From contig MU058423.1 of assembly GCA_013265495.1 (NCBI GenBank), positions 3,673,061 to 3,737,060 of the forward strand: DNA of 64,000 nt, given 5' to 3'. Both the position numbers and the translations under genes were made by a program. The notes below the pieces were generated by a model. The model worked only from the letters and a program-made list of their open reading frames with translations, was not told the origin of the DNA and made no database searches. This DNA comes from Vicugna vicugna. Taxonomy: Eukaryota. Position 1 is the stretch's first letter. The number at the start of each line of letters is the position of its first letter. Shown here piece after piece: positions 53,801-64,000 of the stretch.

Positions 53801-56610
53801 CAGGAAGAGGATAGACAAGAGTGGTTACTAGAGAGGAAGAAGGTTTGTGAAAGAAAACTGGGTGGGGAGAGTGTGTGTGAGACGAAGGACGTGCAGAGAC
53901 ATCCAGACCTCAGTGACGTCCCCAACAAGACAGTTACTCTGAGCACTGGTGAAATACCTTAATAGCATTAGTACTGGAAGAGGGCTGTAGTATTGGCGTT
54001 TGGTGGTGAAGATGGTACATCTGTCAGGTGTGTGGCCTGGGGCATCAGAGGGTGGTCTGTTCTTTGGATATCTTAAAAGCTGAGGGAGCAGGGACTGTGA
54101 AGGGAGAGTTAACTGCTTGATGGGCCTTCAAGTACAGCCCTGAGAGGTGGAGGCCCGCGCGCTCTCCCTCTCAGCTCCCGCCTTGCCGCCGCCCCGTCGC
54201 TCACACCTGTTGGGCCCGTTGTCCTCCCCCTGCTCTTTAGCTGGACGTCTCCTCTGGCCCTTGTGTCCTTGGCTGTCTACACCTGAGCCCTGCCTGGACC
54301 TGCAGTGCGGTCTCCCACTTCCACCCCGAGTCCCCTTCACCTTCTGTGACCTCAGATGGGCCAGTCACTCAGCCCTGGCACTCCCTTCCCTACTGGCTTT
54401 CCCATTCTTGCATTTGAGCAGAAGAGAGCTCTCGGAGCCAGCACACCAGCCTGTTTTTACCGCCCAGCTTCGCTGCAGCCTGACGCTGCTTTCTCATCTT
54501 GTTGCGAGGCTTCCTGTCCTCTTGGCGTCCTCCCATTCCCTCGGTCAGACTGCAGCCCCTAAAGCCAGACCCTCTGAGCTCCCGACTCTCCCCGAGTCCC
54601 CGCAAGTTCACTTGGTCCTTCTCATTACCCCTCTCTCCCCGCCGCCTTCCATCCTCCTGAGTTTGGACTTGCCTCAGTCCATCTCATCCACTCCCCGTTG
54701 ATGGTGACCACTGTTACTACTGTAAGAAGGAGAGACTGTTCCAAACTTTACAAGTTAGATTCGTGCATTTTCTTTTTCGCCTTCTGACTCCCAAGAGAGG
54801 GTTTTGTGTCTTGAAGGGAACATTTACTCAATGAAAATACCAGAGGAGACCAGGTGTTATGAAAACTCTGACTGTGAGAAGTTCGATCCTGCCCAGTAGC
54901 AGTCCTGTTTCTGGTTTATGGTCTGCGGAGCCCAGCGGTGTACTTAAGTGCACCTCCGCCGGCAAACCAGAGGCTCTCGGGTCACCTTCATCAGTTCCCA
55001 GCAGAACTGAGGCTGCACGTACCCCCTTGCAAGGAGCTCAGCTCACAGCATCTGCTTATTTTAGCAAGCCCTTTTAAAAAAACATATTATGTTAACATTT
55101 AATTAGTGCAGCTTTCGCTTAATCATATATGCGGTGCCTGACAAGGGACAGTGGATCTCGAATAATTCATCGCTTATTGGTACTCCAAAGTGTACATTCG
55201 GCAGATTATTACCTTCCCTGGCATTTGGCCTTCAAATATGAGAAGCATTTGTTGACTAAAGACAGTTAATAAGCTTAGTTCACGGTCAGCCACACAAGAA
55301 GTGCTTGACTTCAGATTATTTATGATGACAGAGTACTTGGAAACAGAATGTCACCCTTGCCCATTAACTGTACTTGAGGATTCAGTAGAATATAGCCTTT
55401 CATCCGCAGTGAGAGGGAAGCAGGAGCTGAGATTTCCAGAGCTCAGAGCACCAACGTGAAAGATTTGGGTGCTTTCAGAGACACTGTTTATGGAAAGAAT
55501 GTGACATAATTGCTGTTTATCCATTTCATCCCCGTAGATTCTAAAATGTGAAGCTGAGCTCTTGAGAGCATTTATGCAGCAGCCCTGGTAGTTAAATCTG
55601 TACTGAGTTCTCATTCTTTTTGAATATTTAGTTCTATTTAATGACCTTAGTTAAGAGAAAAGTAATGAAATTTGGTAAAGGATCTAATTTTTCCCCTTTA
55701 CTGTTTAATAAATGATTCACTGGTTTTAATGATACATATAAATTAATTTCCTACCTATCCAGCCAACACTGAGCTGTTTGGCATCCTTCCTCGTTTGATT
55801 GCTACCTAAAGTTCTCCTGGGTTTTATATAAAATAAGCTAAGTAAAAAATAAATACATAAATACATAAAAATAATTAAAAAGTCCTTATATCCTATAGAA
55901 GAAGAGCTAAAATGAGTTTCTTAAACTCCACATAAATACAATAAGCTAAACTTAATGTATGTAACCATTAGAGAGTTCCTAGATTCTGACTTCAAACCTG
56001 GGGACTTTCAATTTACTCCCTGTTCTGATACGCAGTCTTGTGTAGTAGAAAGCACGTGGGCCTGGGATCCATCCACCTGGCTTTGAGTCCTAGCTGTGCC
56101 ACTTATAAGCTTGGGCAACTTAACAACTCTGATCTTGGGTTGTCACATTTATTAATTAAATAGAGATAATACCTATTTGTAGTGTTGTAAGGATTAAGTT
56201 AATTGAAGTAATGCATATTTTATTTGGCACTTGGAAGGTACTCAATAAGTAGAGGTTCCATTCCTTTTCATTAAGCCTGTCTTGTTTGTTTGTTTCTTTG
56301 TTTCGATCAAGGCCGTTACAGGTTCAGGTTGCAAGTTAAAATAAGAAAGAGGGAGAGCTGAACTATTAAGTTGGCAATAGTTAAAAACTAAATCATGGAC
56401 TCAAGAACTAGGAAACCGTGTTAGTCTTGGGCCCTGGGGAGTGCAGCCAAACTAATTCACATACTGCGCAAGGCTCTGGGGAAGGATGGTTGAATCGACC
56501 ATTATAGTAACTGATTCTGTTGTTCAAAGAGTACACGATTATGGAGCTGGAGGATAAGGCCTCAGAAATAATTCTAGCTCAGCGCCTTCATTTTAACAAA
56601 TGAGCATCTA

Positions 56611-56786
56611 GGGAGTGGGGGTGGAGCTCAGTGGTAGAACGAGTGCTTGGTGCGCACAAGGTCCTGGGTTCAGCCCCCAGGGCTTCTGTTAAGTGGGGCG
56701 TTGGGGGGGGAGGCCTGGTGTCTGATGTGTAAGGAAAAAAAGCCCCCAAACCAAAACAAAACAGAAAAAGGAAAGAAAAAATGTTG
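56611..56786 (+). mobile_element. tRNA-derived SINE with atypical 3' body
   Basis: GGGGGTGGAGCTCAGTGGTAGAACGAGTGCTTGG...GGTCCTGGGTTCAGCCCCC, then an A-rich tail. Imperfect TSD GAGCATCTAGG / GAGCAGTCTAAGG. Confidence 0.75.
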
Positions 56787-59700
56787 AAAAAGAGCAGTCT
56801 AAGGCCCCTAATATGTTCAACGATTTGCTCAAGGTTCCTTGGTTTCTTGAATCATAGCACATTATTTTTCTCTTAGCAGAATGCTAGGAATGACCCAGGT
56901 CCTCATGAGAAGTTTAAATCATGTTATTCCTTAAGTACAAACAAACAAAGTGTACAAAGTGCTTGAGTTCAGAATTTCCCATGTAAGTTATTTATTATAA
57001 AGATCTTATTCTCTCCCATCCATCCATCCATCCATGCATCAGATTTAACAGTACTGGGAAATCAGTGGGAGCAGTGAATCCAAGATCTCAGACTTTAGAG
57101 CTCAGGATATCCTGGGAGAATTGACCAAGTGTTGAGAAATGATTAAATAATAAAAATTGTGAAGTCAAAGATAACGATACTTAAGAGAGTAAATTCTCGG
57201 CTATCCAGAAACTTAGCCATCCAGCATCACTCAGTTCCTAAGAGAGCTGAGGTTTTCCTGTTTCAAACCTGATAACACATTGTGTCTCCGATTCCCAAGA
57301 ATATAGATATTCAGTAATGGTGACACCAGAACATGTTATTTCTCCTGGATTGTGAGTCCCACGAAATATGGCACCGTTTGTTCAACTTTGTTCCTAGCTC
57401 ACAGCACAAAGTACTCCTGTGAATGGCTATTGAGTGACTATTTAATGAATCCCTAACAGCCTTAATTTGGTTGGACAAGAATGCCAGATGTTACTGCGTC
57501 TTTCATTTTAATCACAGAATGCAAAAAATGTAATTCTGCCGGTCATGTTGCAGTGGAAGGCAGCATGGTACATTGAAAAATTATGGACTTTAGCATCAGA
57601 CAGACCTGGGTTCAAATCATACCCCGCTGGCTGAATGACTGTGGGCAAGTCCTTTCATCTCTCACTGTCTTAGTTTTCTTGCTTGGGAAATAGAATTCTT
57701 CCTGCAGAGTGGTGTGGGGAACCAGTGAACCCTGATGGGCAGAATATCTAGCACAGCACTGGGGACATAATAGGCACCTTGTAATAGTGCGAGATTCTTT
57801 GTCTCCACCCCATCTAATCCTTTCATGGGACAGGGCTTTTCCCACTGTTCTTTTGGGTTCGTAACCTTTTACTGGTCTTTGGCAAATTTTTCTTTCCTGT
57901 TGTATTCCAGCTTTCTACATTTGTTTTGTGTAGGCTACTTGAATCTAAGCCTTGGAGTATTGTGGCTTTAACAGTGATAGAGTTTACATAGTTTTAGCTC
58001 TCTGTTGGTGATTTCATACGGGACAACTGTGATGTAACACGAGAAAGACAACATTGTACCCAGAGTTGGGAGACCTACGTTCAAATTCTGGTTCTATTGC
58101 AGACTAGCTTTGTGATCTCTGAACTCCGTTTTCTTTGATAGCAAAGGTGGGGAGGTGGCATTGTAAGTGAAAAGAACATGGGCTTTGGAATTCAGATCTT
58201 GGATGTGCTACCAATTCTCTGTGTGATCCGGGGCGGGCTCTTTTTGCCTCTCTGTTGCCTCAGCTGTGTGTTGAGAACAATACTGCCTACGATGTAAGTT
58301 GTTAGCATTAGATGAGATAATGTGTGACATGTTCCAGTTTCAGAGCTTTGCACCTTATTTACTCAGGCATTAACAGTCCTTCACTAAATACAACCTGGTT
58401 AGTATTATTAATGCCAGTTTCCCTAGGTGGTTGAGAAATTCATTAAGAGAACGTAATCATTACAGCTGAAGAATTTTAGAAAAGACTGGGAACTTTTCTC
58501 AGGATCACAGAGGAAGTAATGATGGAGTAGTATGCAGCTGGGAAAATGATGACTAGTCCACCTTAATATGCGCTCTATTTTATAGCCAGTCACTTGGGTT
58601 ACTTCCAGTTCTTCTGTTTTATAGATAGCATGGTTAGACATGTCCTGGTATAGATTACCACCCACTTTGGATTATTTCCTTCAGTTTTATTTTCCAAAGT
58701 GAAATTTCCAGGTTAAAGGTTAGAAACATTTTTGCAGCTCTTGTTGACCTACTGGCAGATAGTTTGTCAAGAAACAAAAAGGGGCACATTTCCAAAGTAA
58801 GTCTTACTTAAAAACAAGGACTTTGATGTCACTTAGATTTGATTTCTATCTTAGCTACATTTTTGCTGAATGACTGAGCAAATTACTTAACTCTCTCATC
58901 TGTAAAATGGGTTATAAGTAGCTACCTCACAATCCTGTTTATACTTAGTGCAAGTTGTTTAGTGCTCAGCCTTCCTTGTCTGTCTTGAATCCATCTGTAC
59001 TCCTCCCCAGCATCCATCATCTCTCACTTGGACCTCTGTCTCCTCTTGATTGGTACACCCTATGGAAGTCTACCTTACGCCAATGCATTCTCCCTTAAAA
59101 AAAAAAACAACCCACCAAGAACACAAATCTGATCGTGTGACTCCTTTCACTCTTAGAATGCTCCCATGCTCGGAGCGGGGAAGCCCAGAGTCCTGGGTGA
59201 GGCCCTGCGGACCCTGCTGCCCTCTCCAGCCTCAGTTTCACTCTCTCTTGCTCGTTCTGCTGCAGCCATGTTGGGTGTTGTTCCATTACCAGAATTTATC
59301 ACCCCCTCTTTTTCTTCTCTGCTTGGAACCTGACATTTTCTCTTGTTTCTTGGTTTTTAAATTCTCCTTTTGTAGAGCTCATCATCGTTAGGGATACTTG
59401 CTTCAGGACCAATTTTCCTGCTAGACCTAAGCCTTGTGGTGGCAGGGCCCACCTAGATGGTGGTCGCTGCAGACTCTCTGGGGCTGAGTACAGTGCCCTG
59501 CATGTAGTACTCAATACATCTTTAGGAATGTATAAATAACTAAACATAGAGTAACTGTTACTATTAGCAGTAAACACAGAAGAGAAGAATTTTAGGTATA
59601 ATTTGTGAAAAGCATTTGTGATTTGAAATTGCTCAGTGAAATTAAATACTAGGTGTTTTCCAAGGACTGTTTAAAAACCCAAGTGTATCTTGTGATTAAG

Positions 59701-62700
59701 ATCTTGCTTGCTTTTTTCTTATATACTCTTCCATGTTAATGAGGGCAAGTTCTTGTGTCAAGCGTAGTTTAGTAGCATCTAACCATCTTTCATCTTCGCC
59801 AAAACACTGCATCCAAGACCTATAATAACATTACCTGAACCATCCAGGAGTCCGGGCACAGAATCATTCTGAGCCAAATAGCAGAAGGACTTGATGACAA
59901 ATATGAGCATTCCTAAGAGATTAGATTATACCCGGTACACTTCCTTGCACTTGAGACCTCCAACTGCTTTGGTTTGCGTTTCCCAGAAGTGCAAGCTATT
60001 TTATGTTACGCTGTTAACTTCTGCATGTTCTAAACTGCATTTTGTTTATTCTTCCAATTTATTGAACTCATACTGTATTCAAAACTCCGATGAGGCCCTG
60101 AAGATATAACAAAGAGCTCAAGTTATAAGAGAGGTATAAACTGTCTCCCCGCACTCTGCTTCGCTGTGGAAGAACTTCTGTCACAGCATTAGAGTAACAC
60201 TTGGGTATACGTGAGCCAGGTTCTGGATCTTGTCTTTGAGGCCTGCTTACTTGCGGAGAGGGTGATGGGGTTCTGGGCTACTGTGGTTCATAAGGTAGGC
60301 TGAGCAGAGCCAGTTCTGTCTCCAAGGGGGAGGCTTGCAGCATTTTTTGGAGGGGGAGGGGAAAAAGAGGAGAACCTGCATTCCCGAGCCACACTTTCCA
60401 GTGTATATTAACTTTTATCAATGAGAAGTTCACATTTACATGTTATTTCTGAATCTTTTGTTATCAGCTGCTCATTGAGTTTCTCAGTCAGCAGGAAAGG
60501 GGAGCATTTATTGCTTTGACCTTGGGGTAACTGTGAAGCTTACGGTGGCCTAGACCACGGGCAAGTGGCTTCACCAGACGCAGCTCTTGCCGTGCGTCTT
60601 CAGGCCTTAGCAAGGGCAGGATGCACTGACCCTCACTGGGCTTTGTGGCTGGGCTGAGGCGCTTGTGCGCCCTTCGGTTTTTGTGAATTCGGCTTGAACT
60701 GGTCTTGCAGGTGAGGCCGAGGAATGGCGCTGAATCTTCTTTGGTTATTTGGGGGTGGAATAGCATTTACTGCTTTTACTGTATTTCAGTCAAAGCTGCA
60801 GGCCAGAACTTCAAACTGCAAAAGCGGTAAGATTTCAAGAATGTAACTGTGTTAGGTTGGTTCCTCCTTGAAATGGTGAGAAGGAGGCCAAGAAAGGAAG
60901 TGATAATTGGCTTCACTATATTCAGTTAATTTCATTCCAGGCCAGAGGAAGGCCCTGGAGGGACTAATCTTGTGTAATTTTGTAGTTTATCTAAAATCTT
61001 AATAGACCACCTATCATATGACCAACCTCAACCGAACCACCCACCCACCTGGGGCAGACCAGAAAAGCGCTCTCTGCAGATGGGCAGGCCTCAGAGACAG
61101 CCCTGGAAGGAGCTGAGGCCATACAGTGCCGAGTGGAACAGAAGCATACAGGTTCCTCCACGCTGTGGAGCGTGACTTAGGTGTGCTCTGGATTTGTCAT
61201 TTAAATAAGTTCCCACCATTGGGCTAGAGCTGTCATAGAACTGTGGCTTCACCTATAGAAGAGAAGAAGCAAATAAAAAGGAAGGGGGACATCCTTACTT
61301 GAGTCACATATGCTGCGTTCTTGGGTTTAGATAGACAAATGAGTCAGTGAACTTGTAGACCCAAGTGGTAAGACAATGATTACAAAGGCCTGTGTCTTCA
61401 GTGCTCAGATTCTAGAGATCAGGTTTTCTCAGGAAATCAAAGAGAAACTAGAGTGGTTTGAAAAGTGTGCTTTGGTCTTATCAGAAAAGGAGTGGTGGTT
61501 GACTGAAAGGACTAATTAAGCTAGGAGAAAGTTGCACATCTCATGGGAGATATGAAGGGGAAAATGAGGTCTTAAGCCAGGACAGGCAGATATAAAAAGG
61601 AAAGGAGATTCACTCTGCCAGCACCAGTTGAAAGGATAATGGACCTGTAGAAATATAGTTTAAAAAAAAAAAAAAGAGTGGCACAAAATGGGAAAGGTTT
61701 TCACAAAGATCCAGAAAATATTGCAGAGGGCCCCTTTAAAGGATTCAGCTAGCGTTTGAAGTAGGAATAGCTGGAAACTGGATTTTCCTAGCTCATAGCT
61801 GGGTGTGGTTTTCACTGGGGAACCTGGCCAGGCTTTACTTGCGCCGAGTGGGCACCTCCTCCTGCCGGGCATATAGTATTCTGCTGCCCACTGACTTTCA
61901 GGTAGGGAGGGGCGGCCCTGGGATAGTAATAAAGAAAATCTGCATTTGAGAGGGAGAGCCTGCAGATTTATCAGCACAAAATACTGAAGAGTCTGAGTTT
62001 CAAGGTGAGGGAGCAAGTGTCACCTGTGCCCCAAAGGCTCCTGCTCAGGTTCGGATGGAGTTAGGACCCTAAGGGGAGGCCTGGGAGAGACGGGGTGCAT
62101 TCTGGGGGGGCCAGCCCAGGCCTGGCTAGATGCAGCCTGACGGGAGTAACGCCTGGCTGGGATGTGCAACTTGGGAAGTAAACTTCATCTCTACCCAACA
62201 GTGACAGCTCTAAAGTGGAACAGAAGGGAAGGGAGGGGGCCTCTGAATCTTTCTCGAAAGAAAAGAGAATTAGCAGAGATAAATTAAATGTGAGGGATAA
62301 GCGCTACTTCTGGAGGGGGAAAAAAAGAAGGAAAGAAAAAGTACTGATCTGGTCGTTAAAACATGCCCATGCAAAGATGTAGGTCCTCACAGGCCTCCAG
62401 GGGCGTGGGCTTTGGGAACAGTGGAAACAGCGCTGAGATCTGCAGTTCAGTTGGAAGAAATGTGGGGACTGAGAGGCTCTTCCTCGGGAAGCACTTGTCA
62501 CAGCCTGAAGCGATTGCACAGAAAAGGCAGTTGGAACAGATGCTGTGGCCCAAGACGAAACATCCGTGCTGGTTCAAGGTGGTAGAGATGCCGACCGCGC
62601 TCGGTAGAGCCCGTGTTCAGCTCAGTGTGTGAGGGCCCAACGTGGGCCTCAGAGCAACTGCAGCTGAGAAGCTTTGACCGAGAAGCAGGTTGGGAAAGAA

Positions 62701-62884
62701 AGGTTCTACAGTTAGGGCCCAAGGGGACTGCGGCTGCCACCGCTGCAAATTCCTAAATTTTTAAAGATACCTCAATGCCACTCTCGGAGAGAAGACGCTG
62801 TGCACAGTTGGATTTTCCCTCCAGTGTCCGGATGCACTGGGCCAGAATTAACCTGCTCGGAGACTTCTCCTGGTTGAGCTTTAT

Positions 62885-63285
62885 AAAGAAAATTAGAGTA
62901 AAATTTATATAACCTTAAGTTTACTGTTTTCACCATGTTTAGCGGTGCAGTTCTGTTGCATTCGTACAGTCATGTGGTTGGGCATCCATCTCCAGAGCTT
63001 TTCATCTTCCGCAGTTGAAGCTCCTCTGCACCCAGTAAACAATGACCTCCCCCAGCCCCTGGCAACTGTCATTTATGAATTTTCCTACTCTAGGTACCTC
63101 ATGTAAGAGGAATTATACGATATATGTCTTTTTTGTGACTGGCTTATTTCAATTAGCTAAATTTCTCCAAAGTGCATCCATGTGGTAGGTAGCATGTGGC
63201 AGAATCTCCTTCCTTTTGAAGGCTAAGTAATAATCCGTGCATGCATGTACCACATTTTGTTTATCCTTTTATCCATCGTGGATAC
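62885..63285 (-). mobile_element. Old L1 (L1MB-type) 3' fragment
   Basis: CCCAGCCCCTGGCAAC...CTCTAGGTACCTCATGTAAG...TTTGTGACTGGCTTATTTC...CATTTTGTTTATCC. Confidence 0.8.
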
Positions 63286-64000
63286 TTGCCCCCTAACTGA
63301 GTGGTAAGCCCTGGGAAGTTGCCCAGGGTTATAGGCATCTTGGTGGAAGATTATGTTCCCCTCATTGACCCTCCATCCCTTGGATGCACTGGAGTTTCTG
63401 TTGTGGTCCTTGGGAGCAGTTGAATGGGTCTGATTACGCCAGTTACTGGGTTCTGGGAACACTTTTGCTTGGGAGAGCTGCTCAAGGCCCGAGGATTGAG
63501 TGCTTTTACAGTGTTTCAAGTGCGGGGCCAGTGACTTGCGACGCCTGGGCTCTTTAAAACTGGGGGCGTGTGAAGACTTGAGATAAAGTGGAATCAGTGT
63601 CTGAGTCTCTCAAAGAACTATACTTTCTCCATTACAGCTTGAAGGTCCTAAAACACAGAAAAAACGAACAACTAGGGCGGAAACCCTTACAGTTCTACCC
63701 AGGCATCAAGGACTCCTCCAGCTGAGAGTGAATAGAATAAGAAATTTGAGAGGATGAATTTGGCCTTTAGTATTGCTAGACTTGGCATTGGATACTTCTT
63801 GTGCACCACTTCAGAGTCCTCTGCCTGCCTCTTATTCCAGCCACAGCTGCAGTGGCCAGTCCCAGGCAGGCGTCCATGAGTTTCACAGGTGCACGCGGAG
63901 AGCGCCTTGCCTGGGGGCCACGCCCTGTACCTCTGCCGCTCTGCTCTGGGCTGCTCCCTCTCTCTGAGTTCCTGGGAGCTTGCTGGGTGTGCACGCGCAG

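Larger units (their letters stand above)
42372..64000 (+). other. VAV3: VAV3 intron 1 (partial, continues beyond the window)
   Basis: GT donor at 42372. The expected exon-2 peptide (FLCLKNIRTF...) is not seen downstream, and the region is dominated by repeats. Confidence 0.85.

Overview
Mammalian genomic DNA, most likely camelid: the tRNA-derived SINEs look like the camelid Vic-1 family and the L1 3' ends are cetartiodactyl-type. The only functional protein-coding sequence I can support is the first coding exon of VAV3 (+ strand, 42168-42371), which sits in a CpG-island promoter. Bases 42372-64000 are VAV3 intron 1. Bases 1-41000 are upstream intergenic DNA rich in L1, L2, MIR, hAT and SINE relics. 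Two retrotransposition products stand out. (1) An RPL23 pseudogene (- strand, about 17030-17486) is spliced at its downstream junctions but begins exactly at the exon-2 boundary behind a branch point, polypyrimidine tract and CAG, so it appears semi-processed. (2) A 35-nt 5' half of tRNA-Cys(GCA) is inserted without a poly(A) tail between 14-bp target-site duplications at 14166-14200. I see no evidence for a new multi-gene system. Almost all ORF-track entries are chance ORFs or repeat fragments. Repeat boundaries are by eye and approximate, and all comparisons to reference sequences are from memory, not from searches.
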